The notes under the pieces were generated by a model. It was not told the origin of the DNA. It did not search any database and saw nothing but the letters and a program-made list of their open reading frames with translations. Made by a program: the position numbers and the translations under genes. 64,000 nucleotides of DNA from Eubacteriales bacterium (lineage in GTDB: Bacteria; Bacillota; Clostridia; Oscillospirales; UBA644): contig JAZUMQ010000049.1 in NCBI GenBank assembly GCA_045603745.1, positions 518 to 64,517 on the forward strand. Direction: 5' to 3'. Below, in pieces: positions 1 to 8,846 of the stretch (its first letter is position 1; the number at the start of each line of letters is the position of its first letter).

Positions 1-2723
1 TAAACGGCAGATCCGAGAGAAATCTTTGAATCACCACCGGAAGTGGCGTTGACGATAGCATCGTCTTGAATCGTCATCCGATGTCCGGAATTAAGATAGA
101 GACCCCAAGCGCGGTTACCCTGTTCTTCTCCGTTCTTTTCAGCTTTCACAGTAACAACGGCTTTTCCGGCAACAACGAAAGCACCGGTTCCTTTTCCGTC
201 AAAATTGATGGCCTTTGCAATATCACCGTTAGGAGTAATGGTGGAGGCAGAAACATTGGAAACGTTCAAAACCGTATCTTTGACAAGAACATCGTAGTCC
301 ATTCCGCGAAGATAGAAGGTAGCGCGATTTCCACCGACATTACCGGACATATCGACCGTTCCGGTCGTAGTAAAGGAAACGACGTTCTTGGGGGAATACA
401 TTTCAACAGCCGCACCTTGAGTACCTTTGTTGGTAGTGTCAATGTTAGAAAATTTTGCATTCGCGGTATCTTCAATTCTAAGAACCGCAGAATCGCCTTC
501 TGAATTTACATTGAAATAAACGGCTTGATTATTTGCGGTAATATCAACGAACGCATTATCAAGAATATCGAAAATAGCGTTTACAGAAGTTTCCTGCTTT
601 ACTTCGATACCCTCGACGACATTGCCGTTTTTGTCCTTGGTGTCCGTTTTAGGAACGAATCCGAACTCAACACCGATGCTGGCACCGTTATTGATCTTCA
701 AAGAAGCGTTGCCGGAAACTTCCACAACAGCGTCCTGGCTTCCGGTTCCATTGTCGACATCGGGACACAAATATATCGCCTGACCGACAAACTGTTCAGC
801 AATGGGAGCAATATTGACCTTTGCGTTATCTGTAATCTGAAGGTAGGGTTGACCACCGGCAAGATAAATGCCTTTAACGTCAGTAAGAACATCCAATTGC
901 GCGTTCCCACGGACGATCATTGCATTGTCGCCGTCTCCGCTCAAATGAATGCCGTAATCATTTGTGGAATTTTTATTGGAAATGACCTTAACTTTTGCAT
1001 TATCTTCCAAAATCAAACGATCTTTGCAGACAAGAACGTTCGTACCACCGCTGATGGTCAAATATCCGTCGCCGGATATGGTCATATTTCCGGAACTACC
1101 AAAAGCACGATAAGAACCGAGATGCTTTTTCATCGTAACGGTATTTTCGCCTTTCAGGACATAGTTAACATTGCCTGATGCCCAAAGACGGTTCACGCCA
1201 CCGGTCATATTATTCAGAATAACAGCTGCGTTCGCAGGATCGTAAACAATGGAATCAACCGGAATATCAATCAATGCAGCTTCCGATTCCGTCAACGTAC
1301 GTTTTCCGGGAGTCAAAGTAATATCGTACCCTTTGGGAGGAGTAATGGTAATAGTAAAAAGCTCTAATTCAGGATTTCCGGTAATCAAAGCAATGGTGGA
1401 ATTAAAATCAGCACCGGACACAAAAGTAGCATTCGTGGAAATATTCGCAATCGCTTTTGCGTCTGGGTTGAGGACACCACGGGGAAGGGCGAGGTCTACC
1501 ACATTGGATTTATCGAGATCCAAATTGATCGAAGAAACGAAGAGATGTTTCTGCTCGGTGGATGTGGTGACATCAAGGAATTGTCCGCATTCCCCGTTAA
1601 GGGTCGTATCGTTGAAATCCAATTTAAAGACCGCATTTGCCTTCGTATCACCTACAGCAGCTACACAAAACAGAGTGCCACATTTAGCAGCAGCAACGTT
1701 TACAGAACAATCCGTAACGGTCAGCCCGGGAACACCGACAAAATTGAATACGCCGGTTTTACCGGAGTCACTGCCGGAGAATTCAACGTTAGTATTGAAT
1801 TCTGTATTTTTGAAAGTTACGGCATCAGCAGTATTCACGGAAAGTGCAGAAAAAGCCGTTGTGGTATTCACCGTACCGACAAGGTCTATGTTGACTTTAC
1901 CACCGAGGAATTCGACCTTTGCAGGCTTGTCAACAGACCCACTTACAGCAACGGCGTTGCAAGCATAAGTACCTGTACCGGAAGGAAGACCTTTTGTTTC
2001 CATGTCAACCTTCAAAGAACCGCCCGTCATCTTAAAATTACGGCAGTTAACAGCGGAACGGCTCCAAACGTTGGGACCCTTCATAGAAGAAGTAACTTGA
2101 GCGTTATCCCGAATAATCAAAGAGCCTGTACCGGCATTCCGGATTCCGGTACAACCAGCGGTAACGGAATTTACCACAGAGTTCCCGCTAAAAATCATAT
2201 CCGTACCGGAGGAGTGAATATAAAGTGTATCGGAAATTGTTTCAACGGCGGTGGATTCCAGGTTTAAAGTAACGTTGCCGGTAACTTCAAGAGAGCCGGC
2301 ATGAACCATGAACAAATACTTCTTTGCCTTTACATTCAGAGTGCCATCACCCTTGATAAGGAGATTGGAAACAGCATCGGAGAGATCGGACCCAAGAGAA
2401 ATTATGTCCGAACCGTCTTCAAATTCAATAGTATTCGTCCCCATGACGATAATGGTCAAAGAACCGTTTTTCGCATCAATCTTCTTCACACCGGAAACGT
2501 TATCCAACGTCAGTTCTCCGGAAGCTGCGTTAAAAATTGCAGTTCCCGTCTTTGCTGTATAAGACGTTATCGTTTCATCAAGAACGTGGGTTGCACCTTC
2601 AGCATCGGTAATCGTAACGGAAGTTACCTTGGGGGATTCTGCAGCAGAACTGCCGATTACAAAAGCAAAAACCACAGTAACGACCAACACTAGAGAGAGC
2701 AGGATTGCAAAGGTCTTTTTCAT
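1..2723 (-). CDS. large secreted repeat protein (N-terminus complete, C-terminus beyond window edge, >=907 aa); signal peptide followed by degenerate G/N/T/V-rich beta-strand repeats (parallel beta-helix / adhesin-like)
   Basis: Absent from the supplied ORF track (no stop inside the window). Manual translation of the reverse complement from ATG 2723..2721 (SD AAAGGAG 7 nt upstream) is stop-free down to position 3. It reads MKKTFAILLSLVLVVTVVFAFVIGSSAAESPKVTSVTITDAEG..., with recurring motifs such as GNVTLNLES, GGSLKVDM, DNAKVNIAP and GNASLKINNGA. Confidence 0.8.
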   Translation of the reverse strand, partial: MKKTFAILLSLVLVVTVVFAFVIGSSAAESPKVTSVTITDAEGATHVLDETITSYTAKTGTAIFNAASGELTLDNVSGVKKIDAKNGSLTIIVMGTNTIEFEDGSDIISLGSDLSDAVSNLLIKGDGTLNVKAKKYLFMVHAGSLEVTGNVTLNLESTAVETISDTLYIHSSGTDMIFSGNSVVNSVTAGCTGIRNAGTGSLIIRDNAQVTSSMKGPNVWSRSAVNCRNFKMTGGSLKVDMETKGLPSGTGTYACNAVAVSGSVDKPAKVEFLGGKVNIDLVGTVNTTTAFSALSVNTADAVTFKNTEFNTNVEFSGSDSGKTGVFNFVGVPGLTVTDCSVNVAAAKCGTLFCVAAVGDTKANAVFKLDFNDTTLNGECGQFLDVTTSTEQKHLFVSSINLDLDKSNVVDLALPRGVLNPDAKAIANISTNATFVSGADFNSTIALITGNPELELFTITITPPKGYDITLTPGKRTLTESEAALIDIPVDSIVYDPANAAVILNNMTGGVNRLWASGNVNYVLKGENTVTMKKHLGSYRAFGSSGNMTISGDGYLTISGGTNVLVCKDRLILEDNAKVKVISNKNSTNDYGIHLSGDGDNAMIVRGNAQLDVLTDVKGIYLAGGQPYLQITDNAKVNIAPIAEQFVGQAIYLCPDVDNGTGSQDAVVEVSGNASLKINNGASIGVEFGFVPKTDTKDKNGNVVEGIEVKQETSVNAIFDILDNAFVDITANNQAVYFNVNSEGDSAVLRIEDTANAKFSNIDTTNKGTQGAAVEMYSPKNVVSFTTTGTVDMSGNVGGNRATFYLRGMDYDVLVKDTVLNVSNVSASTITPNGDIAKAINFDGKGTGAFVVAGKAVVTVKAEKNGEEQGNRAWGLYLNSGHRMTIQDDAIVNATSGGDSKISLGSAV

Positions 2724-2879
2724 AGTACTTCTCCTTTTAGAGCGATTTCAGGCAATAGCCTAAATAATATACTAATATTTTATCAGATAAATTGCAAAAA
2801 AGCAATAGTCTCTATCGAAAGTTTCCACTCTTGTCACCTTTTGTTGCGATTTTCTTAATCTTTAAGAAAAGAGTCGAAC

Positions 2880-2921
2880 AAAAAACTGAGAAACACGCAA
2901 AAAAACGTGCCTCTCAGTTTT
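2880..2921. terminator. bidirectional rho-independent terminator after fucO
   Basis: Imperfect hairpin CTGAGAAACACG (2886-2897) / CGTGCCTCTCAG (2906-2917), flanked by an A-run on the left and a T-run on the right. Confidence 0.55.
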
Positions 2922-2944
2922 GATTAAAATTAGAGATGCTTCAA

Positions 2945-4093
2945 TTACAGGAGAGATTCGTAAAGAGCCTTGATTTCGGCAACAGAGGTTTCTCTGGGGT
3001 TACCGGGACGGCAAGCGTCGTCATAAGCAGACTGAGCCAAGAAATCCAGATCTTCGGGTTTGACGATTTCTTTCAGGTCTGCGGGAATGCCTACGTCGGC
3101 AGACAATTTACGAACGGCATCGACAGCGGCTTTGCGAGCTTCTTCGATGGTCATAGTATCAGTACCGGAAACACCCATAGCACGAGCAATATCGCGGTAT
3201 TTATCGCCGGTAGCTTCCGCATTGTATTCCATAACGGTAGGAAGAATGATCGCATTGGCAACACCGTGGGGGGTATCGTAAAGAGCACCCAAGGGGTGAG
3301 CCATAGAGTGAACGATACCGAGACCGACGTTAGAGAAGCCCATACCGGCAACATACTGACCGAGTGCCATATCAGCACGACCTTCGGGAGTGTTATTAAC
3401 AGCACCACGCAGAGAACGAGCGATAATTTCGATGGCTTTAATATGGAACATATCGGAAAGTTCCCAAGCTCCGCCGGTGATATAACCTTCGATGGCATGG
3501 GTCAAAGCGTCCATACCGGTAGCAGCGGTAAGCCCTTTAGGCATAGAAGCCATCATGTCGGGATCAACGACCGCAACCACGGGAATATCGTGAGGATCAA
3601 CACAGACCATTTTGCGGTTCTTTTCTGCATCGGTAATAACGTAGTTAATGGTAACTTCGGCAGCAGTACCTGCGGTGGTGGGAACAGCAATGATGGGAAC
3701 GCATTTATTCTTGGTATCGGCAACGCCTTCCAAAGAACGGACGTCTGCAAATTCGGGGTTATTGATAATGATACCAATAGCTTTTGCGGTATCCATAGAA
3801 GAACCACCGCCGATGGCAACGATGTAATCGGTTCCGGCAGCCTTATAAGCGGCAACACCGTTCTGAACGTTTTCGATGGTGGGATTGGGTTTAATGTCAG
3901 AGAAGATCTCGTAAGCAAGACCGTTCTTATCAAGAACGTCGAGAACCTTTTGAGTGACACCAAACTTAATCAGATCGGGGTCAGAGCAGACGAAGGCTTT
4001 TTTGAACCCACGGCTGGCTGCTTCGGTAGCGATAGCTTCGATCGCACCGGAACCATGATAGGAAATTTCGTTGAGAATGAAACGATTGGACAT
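2945..4093 (-). CDS. fucO: lactaldehyde reductase / 1,2-propanediol oxidoreductase (iron-containing alcohol dehydrogenase)
   Basis: 382 aa. Long stretches match E. coli FucO as I remember it: NPEFADVRSLEG, PTTAGTAAEVTINYVITD, CVDPHDIP, DALTHAIEGYIT, GQYVAGMGFSNVGLG, TPHGVANAI. Confidence 0.9.
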   Translation of the reverse strand: MSNRFILNEISYHGSGAIEAIATEAASRGFKKAFVCSDPDLIKFGVTQKVLDVLDKNGLAYEIFSDIKPNPTIENVQNGVAAYKAAGTDYIVAIGGGSSMDTAKAIGIIINNPEFADVRSLEGVADTKNKCVPIIAVPTTAGTAAEVTINYVITDAEKNRKMVCVDPHDIPVVAVVDPDMMASMPKGLTAATGMDALTHAIEGYITGGAWELSDMFHIKAIEIIARSLRGAVNNTPEGRADMALGQYVAGMGFSNVGLGIVHSMAHPLGALYDTPHGVANAIILPTVMEYNAEATGDKYRDIARAMGVSGTDTMTIEEARKAAVDAVRKLSADVGIPADLKEIVKPEDLDFLAQSAYDDACRPGNPRETSVAEIKALYESLL

Positions 4094-4228
4094 GGCAAAC
4101 TCTCCTTTATTTTCCGGACAAGACGCGCCCGGTTATTTTCATAAATCCATTATACCACATTTTTCGGGAAAAAGAAAGGAAAAAATTATGAACATTTTTT
4201 GCAATTAATATCCGGTGGTGCAGTATGA

Positions 4229-4325
4229 GGGCGGCGCGCCGTTGCCCCCGGCAGCGGGGGGGGCAACGGCAGAGACAGGCAACGCCTGTCCCCTGCCCCG
4301 CATTTTTGCGGGCAGGGCGCCGCCC
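4229..4325. other. GC-rich multi-hairpin (cloverleaf-like) element of unknown function
   Basis: Closing stem GGGCGGCGC (4229-4237) / GCGCCGCCC (4317-4325) encloses three hairpins at 4238-4270, 4274-4290 and 4293-4315. The element is very GC-rich within an AT-rich spacer between divergent genes. Confidence 0.5.
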
Positions 4326-4370
4326 GGGGCTTAGAGGCGTAAAAAATCTTGAAGTTCACCCTTTGCACCC

Positions 4371-4399
4371 TTGACAAAAAAGGAATGGTGTGGTAAGAT
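4371..4399 (+). promoter_or_regulatory. sigma-A type promoter of pepF
   Basis: TTGACA (4371-4376), 17-nt spacer, TGgTAAGAT extended -10 (4391-4399), about 50 nt upstream of the pepF ATG. Confidence 0.65.
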
Positions 4400-4448
4400 A
4401 TGGTAAGAATAAAATCATGCAAATCTTTTCCATAGGAGGGTATTTCAT

Positions 4449-6227
4449 ATGAAGTTGAGAAATGAAATCGACAAATCTCTAACTTGGGATTTATCCCAAA
4501 TCTTTGCCGACGACAACGCTTGGGAAGAGGCTTACAAAGAAGCCGCCGCAACGGTGGAAACCATTCCCGCCGTCAAAGGAACCTTGGGCAAATCCGCCGC
4601 AGATCTGAAAAAAGGGTTGGATATTCTTTACGATGCCATGCACAAGGCGGAATTGGTATATGTATATACCATGCTTCGCAAGAGTTTGGACAACGGAGAT
4701 GCAACGTCACAAGAAATGAACGGAAGAGCCATGATGCTCTTTACCAAGCTTTCTGCCGCCGCTTCCTTTTTGGAACCCGAAATATTATCCATTGACGGCA
4801 AAGTTCTTGCCGGATACTTGGCAGATCCTTGCCTTGCGGGATACAAGCATATCGTGGAAGATATTGACCGTGCCAGACCTCACACCTTAGATGAAGAAAA
4901 GGAAAAGATGCTGGCGCTATTGTCCGAGGTATCCTCTTCTGCGGAAGATCCTTTTGACATGTTTGAAAGCGTTGACATGACCTTCCCTACCATCAAAAAC
5001 GAAAAAGGTGAAGAAGTTCAACTGTCTCACGGTTCTTTCGGCGCATACAGAGAAAGCAGCGACCGTAGAGTCCGTAAAGATGCTTTTGAAGGTTATTTCG
5101 GCGAATTCAAGAAATACATCAACACCATCGCCGCTATTTACGGAAACTCGGTTAAATTCGATAACTACTATGCGAAAGTTCGGGGGCACGAAACCGCTTG
5201 CCATCGGGCTCTGTTTACCTCCAACGTTCCGGTTTCGGTTTACGACAATTTGGTAAGTTCGCTTCACAATTCACTGCCCATCATGAAGCGGTATCTGGAA
5301 TTGCGAAAAAAAGTACTCGGTTTGGACGAACTTCATATGTACGACCTGTACTGCCCCATCGTTGCTGACTGTGACAGCGAAATGTCCTATGAAGAAGCAA
5401 AGAAAATGGTCAAAGAAGCCTGCGCACCTTTGGGTCAGCAGTATTTGGATCTTTTGGATCGGGCATATAACGAACGGTGGATCGACGTTTACGAAACCAA
5501 GGGGAAAACCACCGGTGCCTATTCCTGCGGCGTTTACGACGTTCACCCCTACGTGCTTCTGAACTTCTCCGGGACTTTTGACGATGCCTTTACGTTGGCC
5601 CACGAATTAGGTCACTCCATGCACTCTTACTTCTCCAGCGAAAAGCAAGATTACGCAAATCACGATTACAAAATCTTCGTAGCGGAAGTAGCCTCGACAG
5701 TCAACGAAGTTCTCATGACGCGCCATCTGTTGGCAACCGAAACCGATCCGGCAAAGAAGGCATATCTCTTAAATCACTTCCTGGAAGGATTCCGCACTAC
5801 CGTGTTCCGTCAGACCTTGTTTGCGGAATTTGAACGGAAAGCTCACGATCTCAACCAGCAAGGAGTTCCTTTGACGGCACAAATCCTGAACAAGGTTTAC
5901 CGTGAACTGAACGAACTGTACTACAACGGTGCGGTCGTGGACGAATTACAAGACATTGAATGGGCGAGAATCCCCCACTTCTACCGGGCGTTCTACGTCT
6001 ATCAGTACGCCACCGCATTCTGTGCGTCGGTCTCCATCGTCAGCAATATTCTGGAAACCGGTGACGCTTCCAAATATCTGGAATTTCTGGCAACGGGCGG
6101 AAGCGATTATCCCATCAACGAATTGAAGATCGCAGGCATCGACATGACCGATCCTTCGGTCGTCAACAACGCCATGAAGGAAATGGACAAAGCCCTGACC
6201 GAATTGGAAAGTTTGCTTTTAAAATAA
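4449..6227 (+). CDS. pepF: oligoendopeptidase F (M3B metallopeptidase)
   Basis: 592 aa. HEXXH zinc motif in LAHELGHSMH. Length and overall sequence are typical of PepF; SD GGAGG lies upstream. Confidence 0.88.
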   Translation: MKLRNEIDKSLTWDLSQIFADDNAWEEAYKEAAATVETIPAVKGTLGKSAADLKKGLDILYDAMHKAELVYVYTMLRKSLDNGDATSQEMNGRAMMLFTKLSAAASFLEPEILSIDGKVLAGYLADPCLAGYKHIVEDIDRARPHTLDEEKEKMLALLSEVSSSAEDPFDMFESVDMTFPTIKNEKGEEVQLSHGSFGAYRESSDRRVRKDAFEGYFGEFKKYINTIAAIYGNSVKFDNYYAKVRGHETACHRALFTSNVPVSVYDNLVSSLHNSLPIMKRYLELRKKVLGLDELHMYDLYCPIVADCDSEMSYEEAKKMVKEACAPLGQQYLDLLDRAYNERWIDVYETKGKTTGAYSCGVYDVHPYVLLNFSGTFDDAFTLAHELGHSMHSYFSSEKQDYANHDYKIFVAEVASTVNEVLMTRHLLATETDPAKKAYLLNHFLEGFRTTVFRQTLFAEFERKAHDLNQQGVPLTAQILNKVYRELNELYYNGAVVDELQDIEWARIPHFYRAFYVYQYATAFCASVSIVSNILETGDASKYLEFLATGGSDYPINELKIAGIDMTDPSVVNNAMKEMDKALTELESLLLK

Positions 6228-6237
6228 GAATAAAGTT

Positions 6238-6275
6238 CGAGGGAGAGTCAAACCGCTCTCCCTCGCTCTTTTCAA
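6238..6275 (+). terminator. rho-independent terminator after pepF
   Basis: CGAGGGAGAG (6238-6247) / CTCTCCCTCG (6256-6265) followed by CTCTTTTC. Confidence 0.7.
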
Positions 6276-6306
6276 AAAAGTTTGCAATTTTTTCCCCGAT
6301 ACCCTA

Positions 6307-6335
6307 TTGCATTTTTTGAAAAACTGTGATATAAT
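6307..6335 (+). promoter_or_regulatory. promoter of tRNA-Pro
   Basis: TTGCAT (6307-6312), 17-nt spacer, TGaTATAAT (6327-6335), about 20 nt before the tRNA 5-prime end. Confidence 0.65.
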
Positions 6336-6354
6336 ACTTTGGTAACTGAAAAAC

Positions 6355-6430
6355 CGGGGTGTAGCGCAGCTGGTAGCGCGCTTGGTTCGGGACCAAGAGG
6401 CCGGGCGTTCAAGTCGCCTCACTCCGACCA
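6355..6430 (+). tRNA. tRNA-Pro (anticodon CGG), CCA encoded
   Basis: 76-nt cloverleaf folded by hand. Acceptor CGGGGTG/CACTCCG, anticodon stem CTTGG/CCAAG with loop TTCGGGA, T-arm GGGCG-TTCAAGT-CGCCT, terminal ACCA. Confidence 0.9.
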
Positions 6431-6436
6431 AAAAAA

Positions 6437-6464
6437 ATCCAAGTCTTCGGACTTGGATTTTTTC
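6437..6464 (+). terminator. rho-independent terminator after tRNA-Pro
   Basis: ATCCAAGTC-ttcg-GACTTGGAT followed by TTTTTT. Confidence 0.85.
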
Positions 6465-6520
6465 TATCCTAAGAAAACGATTAGTCATTGTGCATTATAA
6501 ACCGAATCGGTATAAAATGA

Positions 6521-6560
6521 GCCCCATTCCACAATTACTTGGAATGGGGGTTTTGTTTGG
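6521..6560. terminator. terminator downstream of the cotF-like gene (bidirectional hairpin)
   Basis: CCCCATTCC (6522-6530) / GGAATGGGG (6541-6549) with T-rich tails on both strands. Confidence 0.6.
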
Positions 6561-6588
6561 TATTACAAGGTTTTTCTTCTAAATCAGA

Positions 6589-7047
6589 TCAAGAAGCGCA
6601 GTACATTCCGTTGACTGACATATAATCATACAACATTTTGCCGTGGTCCTGTTCTTCTTTTTGAATGTGATTGAGCACTTTACGAACGTTTTCGTCGGCA
6701 AATTCAAAAACGCAGGTGTCGTACAGATGGGACGCGTGCTTTTCAATGGCGAGAGCGTCGGAACAAAGATACTTATCGTTCTTCATTTCCGGGGTCTGGC
6801 CGGTATAGGTGGCGGTAAAGGTGGGCATTGTCTTACTTCCCCCCGCCATGGACGGAACGGTTCCGGAGCAGATCTGATTCAACGTATCCAGATGTTCCCG
6901 TTCGGTCTGTGCCATTTGAGAGAACAGGTTTTTCAGCTGAGCATCGGAAGCACATTCGGAATGTTTGGTATACTTGTCGATGCAGAGTTGCTCCTGATCT
7001 TTCATGTCTTTGAGAAGGTCGGTTTCTTTTTGGGTCAATTGTAACAT
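6589..7047 (-). CDS. spore coat protein, CotF family (ferritin-like)
   Basis: 152 aa. Two-part Coat-F-like helical repeats (LTQKETDLLKDM...QLCIDKYTKH..., ...DALAIEKHASHLYDTCVFE...). Confidence 0.65.
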   Translation of the reverse strand: MLQLTQKETDLLKDMKDQEQLCIDKYTKHSECASDAQLKNLFSQMAQTEREHLDTLNQICSGTVPSMAGGSKTMPTFTATYTGQTPEMKNDKYLCSDALAIEKHASHLYDTCVFEFADENVRKVLNHIQKEEQDHGKMLYDYMSVNGMYCAS

Positions 7048-7137
7048 AATAAAATCACCTCACCGTCAGTATGCACCAATGACGGAAATTCTATTCCTAA
7101 AAAGGAAAAGATTGTATAATTTTTTCTCGTTGTGTGC

Positions 7138-7166
7138 TTGACACGGCGATGTATTTATGTTATAAT
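7138..7166 (+). promoter_or_regulatory. sigma-A type promoter of the 7206 small CDS
   Basis: TTGACA (7138-7143), 17-nt spacer, TGtTATAAT (7158-7166). This shows that the track start at 7134 lies inside the promoter. Confidence 0.65.
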
Positions 7167-7205
7167 AAATATAAATCAAGTAAATTTTGGAACGGAGGCA
7201 TCAAT

Positions 7206-7499
7206 ATGGCAGAGGAAACTTCCTTCCTGACCTATAAGGGACGTCCCTTGGTACGTTCAGGTAACGTTATTTTTTACGGAAATCTGACCGACAAATACGT
7301 GGTCATGATGCAAATTCTCGGAGAAACCCCCGACGGAGATATTATGAAATCCACGAACGTTTCCGTAGAATTGCAAAACAACGACCCCGAAGCGAAACCC
7401 AACGAACGGGTCATTCAAAAAACCGAGAAAAGATCCATGGCGGAAGCGATGGAGATCGGAACGATCTGGCTGGATCGTGCCGAGGAAGAAGACGAATAA
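7206..7499 (+). CDS. hypothetical small acidic protein (97 aa)
   Basis: ATG 7206 is preceded by GGAGG. The track ORF 7134-7499 was trimmed because its 5-prime part overlaps the promoter. No recognisable domain. Confidence 0.6.
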   Translation: MAEETSFLTYKGRPLVRSGNVIFYGNLTDKYVVMMQILGETPDGDIMKSTNVSVELQNNDPEAKPNERVIQKTEKRSMAEAMEIGTIWLDRAEEEDE

Positions 7500-7507
7500 T
7501 CAAAGAC

Positions 7508-7541
7508 AAGAAGAGTGTTCCTGAAAGCCCACTCTTCTTTT
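7508..7541 (+). terminator. rho-independent terminator
   Basis: AAGAAGAGTG (7508-7517) / CACTCTTCTT (7530-7539) followed by a short T-run. Confidence 0.55.
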
Positions 7542-7607
7542 CCCATTCCGTGGGAAGAAAAAAAGAAAGCAGAAAGAATAAAAATTAAAGATACGGAGAA
7601 CATCATC

Positions 7608-8777
7608 ATGGAAGAACAAAAGTTTATCGCTCACCCCGACGAGTATTTTCCCCTTGGCGTTTTGGCTATGCCCGGAGCATTGGAGTTGAGCCAAAAAATC
7701 GACAAACACCTGACGAAATGGTATCATGATAAGTATCCTCACTACAAAGACGACCCCGAAATGCGGGATTCCATGCTGATGGAAGTAACTTGCCCTCGGT
7801 TCACCTCCGGTGACGGCAAAGCGGTTCTGAAAGAATCTGCCCGTGGATACGACCTGTTTATCATTTCCGATATGGGAAATTATTCCTTGGAATACGAAAT
7901 GTTCGGTCGGAAAGTTCCTATGTCTCCCGACGATCATTTCCAAGATCTGAAGCGCGCCATTCAAGCGATTTCCGGGAAGGCGTACCGCATCTCCGTAATT
8001 ATGCCCACCCTTTACGGCGGCCGTCAGCACAAACGCTCCACGAGAGAATCTTTGGACTGTGCAGTCGCGTTGCAGGAATTGGAAGCCATCGGCGTTAAAA
8101 ACATCATCACCTTCGACGCCCACGACCCCCGGGTTCAAAATGCCACTCCCTTTATGGGATTTGACAACGTTATGCCCACGTATCAGGTATTAAAAGCATT
8201 GTTGCGCAAATACAAGGATATGAATTTGGACAAGGAACATCTGATGGTCGTCTCCCCCGACGAAGGTGCAATGCAGAGAAACATCTACTACGCCTCTGTC
8301 CTCGGCGTTGACTTAGGAATGTTCTACAAACGTCGCGATTATTCTACCGTCGTAAACGGAAGAAACCCCATCGTTGCTCATGAGTATCTGGGCAACTCCG
8401 TTGCGGACAAAGATATTCTGGTTGCCGATGATATTATTGCGTCCGGAGACTCCATGCTGGGTCTGGCTTACGAATTGAAGGAAAAGGGTGCAAAACGCAT
8501 TTTCGTCACCGCTACGTACGGCCTGTTCACCGAAGGACTTGAAAAGTTCCAAAAGGCAGTGGACGACGGCGTAATCACCGGTGTTCTTTCGACCAACCTT
8601 ACCTACCGCACTCCCGAACTTTTGGCAAAGGATTGGTTCACGGAAGTAGATTGTTCCAAATACATCGCCTACTATATTTTAGCGATGCATCAAAACCAGT
8701 CGGTTTCCAAACTGCTGGATCCCCACGTAAAAATCAAGACTCTGCTGGAAAAGTACAAGGCTGAACAGGGGAAATAA
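7608..8777 (+). CDS. prs: ribose-phosphate diphosphokinase (PRPP synthetase) family, long form
   Basis: The 389-aa form starts at ATG 7608 (SD GGAGA); the track ORF starts at 7515. It has a PRTase-type motif DILVADDIIASGDS, plus GGRQHKRS and FDAHDP motifs typical of Prs. Confidence 0.75.
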   Translation: MEEQKFIAHPDEYFPLGVLAMPGALELSQKIDKHLTKWYHDKYPHYKDDPEMRDSMLMEVTCPRFTSGDGKAVLKESARGYDLFIISDMGNYSLEYEMFGRKVPMSPDDHFQDLKRAIQAISGKAYRISVIMPTLYGGRQHKRSTRESLDCAVALQELEAIGVKNIITFDAHDPRVQNATPFMGFDNVMPTYQVLKALLRKYKDMNLDKEHLMVVSPDEGAMQRNIYYASVLGVDLGMFYKRRDYSTVVNGRNPIVAHEYLGNSVADKDILVADDIIASGDSMLGLAYELKEKGAKRIFVTATYGLFTEGLEKFQKAVDDGVITGVLSTNLTYRTPELLAKDWFTEVDCSKYIAYYILAMHQNQSVSKLLDPHVKIKTLLEKYKAEQGK

Positions 8778-8792
8778 TTTCACGATCCAAAA

Positions 8793-8824
8793 AACGGAGA
8801 GCCTTACGGTCTCTCCGTTTTTTA
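8793..8824 (+). terminator. rho-independent terminator after prs
   Basis: ACGGAGAGCC...GGTCTCTCCGT followed by TTTTTT. Confidence 0.75.
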
Positions 8825-8846
8825 TCAAATAAAAAGAGGATTTTGT

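Noticed and set aside
66-2693. Five plus-strand track ORFs (66-503, 525-1178, 1249-1968, 1545-2267, 2301-2693).
   Set aside because: Their products are low-complexity and lack a plausible SD or start. They overlap one another and are antisense to a single uninterrupted 907-codon minus-strand ORF that has a signal peptide and an SD.
2936-4144. 402-aa plus-strand ORF.
   Set aside because: It is exactly antisense to fucO, whose product has unmistakable FucO motifs. The plus-strand product is Gly/Asn/Ser-rich nonsense.
4186-4551. 121-aa minus-strand ORF spanning the fucO-pepF spacer.
   Set aside because: It runs through the pepF promoter, the pepF start and the GC-rich hairpin element. The Pro/Arg/Ala-rich sequence is an artefact of the GC island.
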